Assembly: GCA_965652925.1 (NCBI GenBank)
Contig: CBFGXL010000002.1
Location: 4,881-68,880, forward strand
DNA from: an uncultured bacterium
Lineage (GTDB): Bacteria; Patescibacteriota; Minisyncoccia; Phycocordibacterales; UBA918
Length of the DNA: 64,000 nt
Direction of reading: 5' to 3'
This document shows positions 12,401 through 20,900 of this stretch, piece after piece. The position numbers and the translations under genes are program-made. The notes beneath the pieces were generated by a model. The model was not told the origin of the DNA. It was given only the letters and a program-made list of their open reading frames with translations, and did not search any database. How positions within the stretch are numbered: position 1 is the first letter of the stretch; every line of letters starts with the position of its first letter.

Positions 12401-14928
12401 GTCATAACGCGGTTGGTTCCTGTTTCAGCAACAGCCACAAAGAGACCGTTGCCGTAGGTAACAGACAGCCAATTGTTTGCCGCAGATGCAGATCGCCCAG
12501 TCCATGTCACGCCATTATTTTCAAAATTGCTCACCGAGACTAAGAAACTTCCATCTGCTACCCCAGCTCTATTGACCCCATCAGAGTTGATCGCAACCAC
12601 CTTGCCGTCTCCATAGGTTATGTCTTCCCACTGCGCACTTTCTGCTTCATCGACAGGAGTCCAATTGATGCCATCAGTGGAGATCATGACCTGCTCAGCA
12701 AGATCGCCGTACCCGATCGCCACGAAATACTCGCCTGTAAAAGTAACTCCTATCCAGGACCCGTCATAGGTCGCGTCCCGCGCAGTCCAGGTTATGGCGT
12801 CAGGAGATGTCATGACATTCATGGTCCCGGCATTAAGGGATGAGACAGCTACATAGGTGCCGTTGCCATACGCGATACCATTCCACCAATTGTTTTCAGC
12901 TGCAGTGCGGTTCGTCCACGTGATACCGTCTGGAGAGGTTGCTACGCGGTTATCTCCCACAGCAACAAACTGGCTGTGTTCTTCGTTGAACATAACATTG
13001 TAAATGCCGTTGCCTGATGCGGTACCGGAAGACCACGTAAGACCATCGTCTGAATACATTGCGGTACCGTCGTACGAGAGCGCAACAAACCTCCCTTCGC
13101 CATACGCAACAGCAGACCACATATCTGCAGAAGCAGCAGTTCGGTTCGTCCACGTAATGCCGTCCTCTGAGGTCATGACGCGGTTAGTGCCATTAGGTGC
13201 CACAGCGACGAATCGGCCTTCGCCATACGCGACCTTTCTCCATTCGTTCGCCTGTGAAGCAGAGCGTCCTGTCCAGGTGATGCCGTCAGGAGAGGTCATG
13301 ACGCGAGAACCTCCCGCCGTTGCGTTACATGCGCCATCAACAGAGATGCCGCAGGCAACCGCCACAAAGAGACCTTCACCGTAGGTGACTCCTTGCCATG
13401 GGTGAGCAAGGCTCGGCGTGGAAGCGGGGATCCAGTGCGTTCCGGTGACCAGCACTCTTTGTGTCGAAGAACCAGTTACTATAGGACCATAGGAAATTTC
13501 GTTTCCGCTTATAGTCGCATCCACCGGAAACGAGGTTGTACCCGCAGTCAGGTCAAGCGTACCGTTATTTTCTAGGTCTCCTCCAAGTACTGTTGAAGTG
13601 GCACCAGTGAAAGTATCCCCGCTCCATATATAGAGCTTCTGCCCATCGTCGATTAAGAGCTCTCCATCTCCTTCCCTGACGACATAGGAAATATCCTGAT
13701 CATGCCTTCCGTCATAGGTTCCCATTTCATCAAGCGACGTAGCTCCATCATCCTCATTCCGGATGATGACGTGGTCTTGATAAAGATCCATACCACTGAG
13801 TGCCCCAGAGCCGGCAGTCAAAACAAGAGCACCCCTCGTGCTTTGGTCACCGTCCACCCAAACAACCGCAGTTTCGCCCTCAGCTGGAGCAGCAGAAATG
13901 CTCCAGTCACCGTTACTGTCGGTGGTTGCGGTGGATACTGTGCCGTCAACGTAAGCCTTTATAGTCTTGCCTGTGGTGATCGCTGTAGAGCCCTCATCAG
14001 CATATAGAGTCCCTGACAACGAGGGAGCAACTTCAAACTCTCCAGTGGAGATTGCTACCCAATCATAATTTCGCGATGCGCAGTTCGCATCCGCATCGTC
14101 CTCAAATTGAAGTGACACTCCAGTTGTTGTCTTTGTTCCAACCTCAGGAGAACACAGAGCAGCATTCACCCCTTGAGCCATGGCCACTACGATATAGCTC
14201 GTATCTGGGAATGCTGTTGAGAATGTGACCGAACCGACACCGCTGCCATTTGTAGTTGCACTGCCTGCTTTTATATTTGCCCCGTCAACCGTGTACTCCC
14301 CATGAGAAAATGCACAGTAATTGGTATCTGTCACCGCCTCTGTAGCTCCACCATCATCCTCGATGCGTATCACCGCCTGAGATGTGGTCTTGGAACCTGA
14401 ATTGAAGTTTACAACTGGAGAATCGGTGTCGGTGATAGCATTCGCAATAATTGAATAATTTGTATCCGGGAAAGCACTTGAGAATGTAACAGTGTTGTCG
14501 CCCGCGGTACCTCCGCTCACAGCACACTTCACATACTTGCTACTGCCGAGATTCCAATCTCCATATGTAAGTGCCATCCAGTTATTGCTATTGGCATTCT
14601 CTGCCGAACCCGTGTCATCTTCAGCAACAATGGTGAAGCCTCCGGCTGCTTTGTTGCTGTACGTCATGGAGTACATAACATCAGTTCCGGTCGACCCTCC
14701 ATTGAGAAGGATTGAGTAACTACTGTTGGCCATCGCTGAGCTAAAAGTGACGCCGACAGTACCTCCACTGGTGATATTTATAGCTCCTGTTTTGAATTCA
14801 AAAGATTGTGCATGTGCATGCCCAACAACGCCGAAGAAAAAGAGAGCGGCCAAAACACACCCCATCATTAACATATATATATATGAGGTGATTGATCTTG
14901 TATGAAGTTGTAAAGTGATTTTTTTCAT
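3427..14928 (-). CDS. Giant (3833 aa) secreted surface protein with three N-terminal H-type-lectin-like domains, more than 40 BNR/Asp-box-like 41-aa repeats in five blocks, two blocks of PD40/TolB-like ~55-aa repeats, beta-helix-like Thr/Asn-rich linkers, and a Gly-rich C-terminus.
   Basis: It is a single 11.5-kb ORF with an N-terminal signal (MLMMGCVLAALFFFGVVGHAHAQ). The repeated unit is NRVMTSPDGITWTARSAAEANSW.SVTYGNGLFVAVA, matching S-x-D-G-x-T-W. A second repeat class is FSSDGTKMYVVG..D.V..Y.L.TPWDVSTA. The N-terminus carries three ~90-aa VTFSSAFPDT.YSII...IRIEDD units. Confidence 0.85.
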   Translation of the reverse strand: MKKITLQLHTRSITSYIYMLMMGCVLAALFFFGVVGHAHAQSFEFKTGAINITSGGTVGVTFSSAMANSSYSILLNGGSTGTDVMYSMTYSNKAAGGFTIVAEDDTGSAENANSNNWMALTYGDWNLGSSKYVKCAVSGGTAGDNTVTFSSAFPDTNYSIIANAITDTDSPVVNFNSGSKTTSQAVIRIEDDGGATEAVTDTNYCAFSHGEYTVDGANIKAGSATTNGSGVGSVTFSTAFPDTSYIVVAMAQGVNAALCSPEVGTKTTTGVSLQFEDDADANCASRNYDWVAISTGEFEVAPSLSGTLYADEGSTAITTGKTIKAYVDGTVSTATTDSNGDWSISAAPAEGETAVVWVDGDQSTRGALVLTAGSGALSGMDLYQDHVIIRNEDDGATSLDEMGTYDGRHDQDISYVVREGDGELLIDDGQKLYIWSGDTFTGATSTVLGGDLENNGTLDLTAGTTSFPVDATISGNEISYGPIVTGSSTQRVLVTGTHWIPASTPSLAHPWQGVTYGEGLFVAVACGISVDGACNATAGGSRVMTSPDGITWTGRSASQANEWRKVAYGEGRFVAVAPNGTNRVMTSEDGITWTNRTAASADMWSAVAYGEGRFVALSYDGTAMYSDDGLTWSSGTASGNGIYNVMFNEEHSQFVAVGDNRVATSPDGITWTNRTAAENNWWNGIAYGNGTYVAVSSLNAGTMNVMTSPDAITWTARDATYDGSWIGVTFTGEYFVAIGYGDLAEQVMISTDGINWTPVDEAESAQWEDITYGDGKVVAINSDGVNRAGVADGSFLVSVSNFENNGVTWTGRSASAANNWLSVTYGNGLFVAVAETGTNRVMTSSDGITWTARAEAEANNWYSVTYGNGLFVAVAQTGTNRVMTSSDGVNWTPRSAAGNDDTWYSVTYGNGLFVAVGSGTDRVMTSPDGITWTARSAAEANAWTSVIYAEDLFVAVSNNGTNRVMTSPDGITWTARTDAGDHQWYSITHGEGTFVVVATSGTDQVMTSPDGITWTARTAAEANAWTSVTYGNGLFVAVAESGTNRVMTSPDGITWTARSAAESTFWNSVTFGKDTFVAVSYGGTNRVMTSESGSYADTTQTFTADAVVNGAFTITASSTVAAPDALTLNSDFTNNGTFTQASGATTIDLENNTVGYDVAGATYDSVLESIADTGPAGLHFRSDGLKMYTFGWSTDIVREFTLSSAWDLSTASQVNTFSVAAQEDFAGDLYFNDTGTKFYITADGAAAVGEYAVSTPWDVSSASYTDYLDVSGKETNPYGVEFSSDGTKMYVVGGNSDAVHQYNLSVAWDVSTGVFSQTFSVASQDTTPTGIHFTSDGMYMYMVGHSTSAMYEYALSTAWDISTAVLVSGETFDFGAESFTEFSPMQVAFGNDGVKMYMYGFDEQDVFQFTTGTEGGGTPDTDKDFTGSGETTFADFTITADDSTVSFTNDVAMGDLTIGATATVTAPSGTITVEGNYTNNGEFDHNDGTMVIEGNSSLSGNLTGNSALGNLTATSTGELANTAAVWEEESASASSQWSGVAYGNGTFVAVSWDGDVMSSPVGITWTSRTPAVGNSWQAVTYGGGLFVAVANTGTSRVMTSPDGITWTARTSGDESSTWREITYGNGQFVAVAYSGTSRVMTSPDGITWTGRTAAEANDWMGITYGNGTYVAVSDTGTNRVMTSQDGITWTSRSASSASGWQRVVYGEGIFVAVSETDTAMTSPDGITWTARTTPGNSDWYGLAYGGGIFASLGDILTGSTYIMTSEDGITWTEQTAPNTNFFRSLTYGEGKFVGVSTDGTNQVLVSSDGSYENMVTFADNASTTDLTIGSASTTVVAPALLSIADDYTNDGTFTHNGGAVYFTGSTAQTLQGNMASTSAFNDVYFSGNSTKTFSDNASTSDLSIASGSTVAAPSALTITGDYTNSGTFNSGSGIVYINGTTTASTTVTGGWDVTTAVYDGAGKSTASEENNITSLAFSPDGTRMFVAGYNMDTVYSYTLSTPWDVTTAVYDNKSFSILAQDQWVEKVSFKTDGTKMYMLGSENDAVFSYTLGTPWDVTTASYDSSSFSIAQDVSPFGMHITEDGTRMYISGDSNNRIYSYTLGTPWVISSATYDSKSFLISGQESAVQDVHLKDDGTKMYVVGTGSNTIFPYTLGTPWDITTATYDGAGESVSAQESSVCSIEFNADGSKVYIYGAAADTVFPYSLDYDESTVYTGTTTLSGNMTGTSAFNDLTLDSPQTLALDGITWTARSAATNNSWQGLVYGEGLFVAVSNGGTNNVMTSPDGITWTARTSADESAGWNSVTYGNGIFVAVAESGTNRVMTSPDGITWTARTASQANSWYSVAFGNDMFVAVSVDGTNRVMTSPDGITWTNRTAAQASQWSVVTYGNSLFVALSWDGTIMTSPDGITWTTRTPLVTQSSWHGIVYAEGLFVAVGNGTALAMTSPDGITWTERTAPADNWESVTHTGHTFVAVACGIGNASCNTTAGGNRVMTSPDGITWTGTPATEANRWMEVVYGNGMLVAVSDTGTNRVMTSNSGSLAGGVVFENNASTSDLTITASTTVDAPALMSIAGDYTNDGTIDWGTGTTTLTGNDQTLTGALSSDSAFNNLVVKVSSGSNAEGGTTWTSSNVSTQGWYSVTYGEGLFVAVAYDGDDQIITSPDGITWTARSTPGNNQTWLGVTYGNGTFVAVSQDGTNRVMTSPDGITWTARSAAEANSWISVTYGEGLFVAVAFDGTNRVMTSPDGITWTARSAAEANSWVSVTYGEGLFVAVASDGTNRVMTSPDGITWTARAAAEANDWFSVAYGNSTFVAVAHTGTNRVMTSPDGITWTARAAAEASGWFAITYGDGLFVAVADTGTNRVMTSPDGITWTARAAAEANDWFSVTYGNGTFVAVGDIEAGSNRVMISNSGSRVDGTIRFSTPVEASKFISQTPGVTFEFPAYATSTFASLRIDGEEGGEAILRSSKEGTQWGLDVTTPISVTYVDVQDSNACSGNPNITATDSTDSGNNTCWDITGGEPVPGTISSASNQVFGYGQATTTIATITITDGETPAITAANDLRIKIDTSATDMLWDTTDTTATFGGTASGKVANPVSYENGGATLVVPVSNDFVGSDTLTISGLSFVQFGTVNTATSTLVLITESAGEDGGSAWTAHSAAQANSWSSVAYESELLVAVAENGTNRVMTSSDGSNWTARSAAGDNDSWSSITYGEGIFVAVSTGGSDDPIMTSPDGITWTARSVATDQIWSEVTYGSGKFVAVGCGGYDNGCGTNASVMSSDDGITWSAQAVSGNWQSVTYGNGLFVAVGSGNTRVITSPDGTTWTPRSAAGDNDWWTSVTYGNGLFVAVGSGSDRVMTSPDGINWTARSAAGDNDSWASVVYASDLFVAVGSGSDYVMTSPDGNNWTVRTAAEANQWSSITYASDLYETGTLVAVANSGTNRVMTAPGSSVAQITATDDKTIAIHGAATLSEHTAGQVENEFSYQNQSDVPLYTFRLAPEGENATISSAAFALSGIRRIDSSNLSDLRLYRDNNSDGSVDAGDNQIGGAGEISVTEQSGTVTFSTSWSATTTKDYILTSDVSGVLTNEYVTISLPTTGLSGTGATTAGAIVPLGSVSSVQHIRGGNNGSGALHAAEVGGEAPEGDGDVGGGGSQGGGGVGEEDNGEEIGNEPGFEAPSATGELYSEWTGGSNALSSDGVYATAASTNLRQSYSLFGFNVPGGNTVQGIEVKLEASGSTGAGTIQVALSWNGDSSVTATKATSVLTGSDAVYTLGGPSDTWGRGWTPAELGDANFVVRVIGQPDQNTVRVDAIQVRPYTQAGGGGGGGGGEI
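6299..6913. repeat. Five or more tandem copies of a 123-bp (41-codon) unit with very high nucleotide identity inside the 3833-aa gene, encoding BNR/Asp-box repeats.
   Basis: The core cgggcggtccacgtgatgccgtcgggtgaggtcatgacgcgattggtgcc recurs starting at 6299, 6422, 6545, 6668 and 6791, an exact 123-bp period. Confidence 0.85.
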
Positions 14929-14931
14929 ACG

Positions 14932-17900
14932 CTATGGTGTTACTTCTATGCTTTGTTCTTCTGCTGTCTCGACCTGCGGTTCTTCTGCAACTTCTTCTTG
15001 TGTCCCCTCTTCTACAACTGGTTCTTCTGCTGTCTCCTCTGTTTGTGGTTCTTCTGTAGGTTCATTCTGTGGCTGTAATTCTGTTTCCTGTGGAGGTTGT
15101 TCTGTCTGCGGCTCTTCAACTGGCGGTTCTTCCTGCATGGCGTCCTCCGGAGGAGGCGGGGTTGCTTCGGTATCGCCCGTGCCACCCTCAGTCTCCCCGC
15201 CTCCTTGCGTTTCAGAAGGCGCAGGTTCCTGCGGTTCTTCCTGCGGCGGAGGTGTCTGTTCCCCGCTTCCTGAGCCATTACTTGGTCGATTGACTTCCAG
15301 CAAGAGTGCACGTAGGTCGTCTGCTGTGAGGCATACACCGTCCACACAAAGCTCGTTTTCAACATATACATTTTCTGCACGCAAGCCCGCAACATTGAGC
15401 ACACCGTCAACAAAGCCCTGCGCGAGCGTCTTGACTCGATCCCAGAGCGTTTCTTCTCCATCACTGCCAAGGACGACATCCGTTGAAGTTGACGTCAGTT
15501 CAGCAAGGAGCGACTCTGCATTAGCCGGATGCCAGCCCAAGTTTACAAACATGAGCGCCTGGCCGACTTTCACTGCCTGCCCGTCTGCGATCTCCTCTTC
15601 CCGCGCATCTTCGCGCGCCAGATCACGCAACGCATCTTGCATTTCCTCGTGTTCGTCAGCAATTGCTGTCTCAACAGACTCGAACCGCTGTGTATCGCGC
15701 GGTGTACACTCCTCCTCTTCCTCGCCGAGTGCGACGCCGCCACCGAAGTAACATCCATCGTGGATGCGCTCATCATCCTCTTGCGAAAGCGGATCGGTCT
15801 TCGGTTCTGCGATATCGTCACCGAACTGATCAATGAATCCTTCCGAATATGCATACTCGCCGTCATAGTCTTCAAGTGCCACACCTACAACCGTGCCGCT
15901 TTCTGTTGCCTTCATACCAACTCCCGGAATCGACGAGAGCATGATCTTGTCCCCTGCCTTGATCGGTCCATTCTCTGTTGAAAGCTTCACCGGCACGCGT
16001 CCTGAAAGTGCAACTGGGTAACCTTCTTGTCCAGAAGTTAAGGAGGTGTCGTCAAATCCGAGTGTGAGTCCCGGCTTGGTTGAGACCACGCCGATGATGT
16101 TCGCACTGTTCTCTTCGTCGGCGCGTTCAATACTGAGGATTCCAGCGGTAGCAATGATCTCTCCTGGCTCAAGGTCCTCTGAGGAGAAATACATTTCGGC
16201 CAAGTCAGAGTTGCCAACTGCCGATGAAACAGACGTGATCTTTCCTGTTGTTGACGCATTACAGCTACCGTCGTTGTCGACACACAAACCCCCGTAACCG
16301 ATCTGCAATCCCGCCATGTTGTTGGTAGTACCGTCTCCGATGGTCGTTGTACCGTGTGCAGTGACCGTGAACTTCGATGTCCCTGCGTTTTGGAAGTCGA
16401 CAAATTTTGAGGTAGTTGATGAGAACGATCCTCCCGAGTTGCCGAAGTTCATTACCAAGCCAGTGCCAGCAAATGCAGACGTATCTTGGAAGAGGCTTAC
16501 GAGGTCTTCGGTAGTGATCGAAGCCGAGTATGCCCGAATGGCATTTCCTTGCGTTGTGCCACGTGTCTGAGCGAAGACTCCAGCAGGCTGGAAGGTACCT
16601 CCTGCGTCACCCTCAGTAGTACCGCGCACACCGAAGGTTCGTCCGAATGCAGAGATACCGGTATTCTCTCCTTGTGTATTGGTGCCACGATGTGCCTGTA
16701 CTTCCAAGCCACGCACAGTGTTCCCAAGCGCAGTATCGTCCTCAATACGAAGCATCTTTCCTACGAGTGTTGAGGTCGCTGTTGGCGCGTTCACTATATA
16801 TGAATTGTCACCGTAGTAGACCGCGCTTGCCGATGAGTTTGTGAAGTTGAAATACTGATGAATGCCCGCAGTCCTCGAACCACTAACGCTCGTTGTCCCC
16901 ATCGCGAGCAGTGATGAAGGCGTGGTGGTACCGATGCCAACAAACCCAGTATCAAGAATACGCATCACGTCAGTTCCACTGCCCGCCTGGATCGTAACGT
17001 CAGCACCGGTGTTATGTGCACCAATTGTGAAGAGATCCGAAGTGTGATTCCAGTTTATCTGTGCACCAACACCGTCAGAAGGAGTTCCGAAGTAGATCAT
17101 CGAGTTAGACGCATCGGGTGTCATGAGGGTAAGGCCAGCATTGCCTGAACCTTCAAGGACAAGTTCATCAGCAGCACTATTCACTGCAGCCCCGCTTGCT
17201 CCACTATACACATGGAGTTTTCCATTCGGAGAGGCAGTTCCTATACCAATATTTCCCGCCCCATTGATCACAAGTCGATCATTAGTACCTAAGGCTGATG
17301 ATGATGAGATCTTGAACTTCGCTCCGTCAGAGTCATCGATACCGATACTCCACTTTTCGTTTGCACCGGAGACCGTTGAGAATTCAATTGCAGCGTCTGC
17401 GGCATTATTGAAGATAGAAAGTTTTTGGTTTGGTGTTGAGGTACCGATACCCATTCGACCATTGGTCAAAGTCGCAACACCATTCCAACCAGCAACATTG
17501 AAAGTGAGGTAGTTTGAGCCGCTCGTAATTGCATTTGCATTACTTGTTGCGTCTAACTCAATATAATCGCTCACACTAGATGGATTGGTTGAACGTATAG
17601 CGCCGTACACATCAAGTTTTGACTGAGGACTTGTAGTACCAATACCCACATTACTCGCAGGAAGAAGTGCGAGATTGCCAGCAGAGTTTCCAAACACAGT
17701 TGCACCATTGTTCTCTACCTCGAGATATGCAGAGCGGTCGTTACCAGAGTCAAAAATATTCATGCTGAAACCATTGAGAATTTCTGCATGTGATTCAATA
17801 CTTACAACATCTCCACTACCAAAGAGTGTTGGATAACCAGATGCTTCGTTCAAGCTCACAAAAAGATAATCACCGCTTGCTCCTGTCATGGTGAAGTCTC

Positions 17901-20900
17901 CATTTGAAGCAATGGATACACCCTCATCGCCTCCATCTCCTGAGAGGAAGTTGGAACCGAGCGCGATGTTGGCGGCGTTACCTGAGAGCGTGAGTGTTGA
18001 CGTAGCGCTCAATGCTGAGAATGTTGCAGTACCTGAGAATGCAGGCGAACTTGAGAACACTGCGCGTTCAGTACCTGTTTCGTCGGTGAGTATTGCCGCA
18101 AGCTCTGCTGAAGTATCGATATCAGATGAGGAAAGCCCACCCCCACCAAGACCAAGCGTCGAGGTGGCGACCCAGTTGAACCCTGAGCCGGTTGATTGCA
18201 AGATCATGCCGTTGCTTCCTGCGCTGTTACTGTTGTCGTATAAGGCTCCGGTGATACGAGCACTCCCAGCGACAGTGAGCATCTGCGACGGTGTTGAGGT
18301 ACCGATGCCAAAGCGGCTTGAGGACATGTTCACTGATGAAAGTGTATTTGCAGACGTGGTTGCCGGTATGTTTGCAAAGAGGAAGTTCCCGATGTTGAGG
18401 AAGTTTGAGGTGTTAGTAGACGTACCCAAGGTATTGTTACCGATCATGATGTTGTTGAATCCGGTAGTTATATTGCCGCCAGTTGTAGTGGTGTTGTCTT
18501 TCGATCCAAGGTAGATGTTGCCGTAGCCAGTGGTGTTGGCATAACCAGCCCGATAGCCTAAAGAGACATTATTAGATCCGGTGGTGTTATTTTGAAGACC
18601 ACTCATGCCTACTGCCGCATTGTTCCTACCCGTAGTGTTGAGGAGTAGAGCATTCCTACCAAGGCCGGTGTTTCCTATACCAGTGAGATTGCCTGAGAGG
18701 GCGTAATTGCCGAGGGCGGTGTTGTTCGAGCCGGTAGTATTGACATCAAGTGTGTCAACACCTATTGCCACATTGCTATTACCCGTGGTGTTTGAGAGAA
18801 GCGAACCACTACCGAAAGCAGTGTTAGCAATTCCTGTGGTATTGGCGAAAAGTGAAGAATAGCCAACGGCAGTGTTTTGATTTCCTGTAGTGTTAGAGTA
18901 GAGCGTATTGATACCGACAGCAGTGTTCGAACCTCCCCCAGTAATAGAAGATGGCAGTGCGTTAAAGCCGCTTGCATAGTTGGTTCCGCTCTCACCCAAA
19001 TTCATAAGCCGTGTGCCATTACGAGCAAAGAGATTGATTGATGGGGTGTAGGTAATTTCCCGAACAGAAACGTTATCGATAGTATATAAGGTGCCCTCAC
19101 TATAGTATGAGCTATCTACGAATAGCGTGTCAGTTCCCGTGTAATCAGCAGTGAAAATAACTTGATTCTGTGCAAAGTAGCTATTATTTCCTTGAAGGCT
19201 ATTATTGGTGAAATAAACAGAGGCAGAGGAGCTTGCGGCGCCGCTAAAATCATATTGGATCAGATAGGTGTGCCCTGCCACGGTAGAAATGTTTTGTGAG
19301 ACAGTCGCATCGTTACATGCAGAAACACACGATACGCGGACATTGTTGCTGTTGTATGAAGCATCAGAACCAAGCGTCCAACCAGTGGCACTACCGGTGA
19401 AGGAACCGTTCGTAATGAGCTCGCTGCCGATGATAGTGCTTGAGGCTTGAGCGGTGAGTGAGGCGTACGAGGTAGAAGTTCCTATAGTAACCGTCTTGCT
19501 GTGAAGATCATCGGTAATACGAGCACTTCCTGCAACAGTGAGGAGCTGAGATGGGGTTGTGGTGCCGATACCGACGTTGCCAGTGCCTGTAACGGTGAAG
19601 TCAACGCCTGCATCACCTCCTGTCTCGACACTTAAATTACCAGATGCATTCATATACAGAAGTGCGTAGGTTGAAGGATTATAAAGTCCGATACCAGCAT
19701 TCGAAGTGCCAGATGTCTCTGTGATCTGTAAAAATGGGTAGGTAGATGCGACCAACTCGATATCATCAGCAGGCGAGGTCGTACCAATACCTATACGTCC
19801 CGCGCTCGTAACGAAGATACCCTCATCCCCTCCATCTCCCGAGAGCCAATTAGAACCAAGTGCAATATTTGCGGAAGATCCTGAGAGCGTGAGACGTCCT
19901 GACTGTGTGGTAGTTGCAAAAGAACCTGTACCGGTAGCAGTAAGGCTCGAGAAGGTTGCCGTACCGGAGAACGCAGGAGCGTTCGAGAAGACGAGGCGGC
20001 CGGAGCCGGTTTCATCGCCAACAATGGCAAGCAGTTCGCTTGAAGTATCAAGAAGACCGTTGTGAGTGAGGGTTGCGTCTGCAACGATCGCGTCGAGTTC
20101 TGCGTAGGTGTCGATATCTGCTGAGGTGAGACCGCCCGTGATGCCGAGTGTTGAAGTCGCAACCCAGTTGAACCCTGAGCCGGTAGACTGCAAGACCATA
20201 CCGTTTGAACCTGCGCTGTTGCTGTTGTCGTAGAGAGCTCCGGTGATGCGGGCTCCTCCGGCGACCGTCAAAAGTTGAGACGGGGTTGAGGTTCCAATAC
20301 CCACATACCCCGCCCCATTGATCACTAGGCGATCATTGGTACCAAGTGCTGAAGAAGAAGAGATCTTGAACTTAGACCCGTCGCTGTCATCAATGCCGAT
20401 CGTCCACTTCTCATTTGCTCCTGAGATAGTTGAGAACTCGATCGCAGCGTCTGCGCCGTTGTTGAAGATAGAAAGCTTCTGGTTAGGAGTAGTGGTGCCG
20501 ATACCGAGGCGGCCAGTTGAGAGGATGAGTCCTGCCCTATTGTTTGATGAGAGAAGTGACGAAGAAGCAGTGCCCTCGATGGTGAGTGCGCCATTAATGA
20601 GAGCATTCTGACCGACGTTGAGTCCACCGCGCACATTCACCCCTTGGTCGAAGGTTGCAGTTTGCTTGGTGCGGAAGATGTCGAAGAGTCCAGAGCCCGC
20701 GAACATGTTGGAGACGGTGAGGCCGGAGATATCGATTATGGCGAGGTTGTTGGAGGCAGACCCTGTCACGTACACATAGTTGCCGGAGACACTGACAGAT
20801 CGGGGACCATCCATCACATTTGCGTCATTTGGATCCCAATTACCGACGGTGACCGGTGCGGCCGGATCAGAAATATTGACGATAGCGAGGTTCTGTGAGA

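Noticed and set aside
15012-15479. A 155-aa Arg/Lys-rich ORF on the minus strand.
   Set aside because: It lies entirely inside the 2956-aa gene in an alternate frame, over the low-complexity acidic-tail DNA. Its basic low-complexity sequence is the frame-shifted shadow of the PEEPQ repeats.
14915-15751. A 278-aa Ser/Cys-rich plus-strand ORF.
   Set aside because: It is antisense to the acidic C-terminal tail of the 2956-aa gene. Its low-complexity S/G/C composition is an antisense artefact of the GAA/CCA-rich repeats, and it has no start context.
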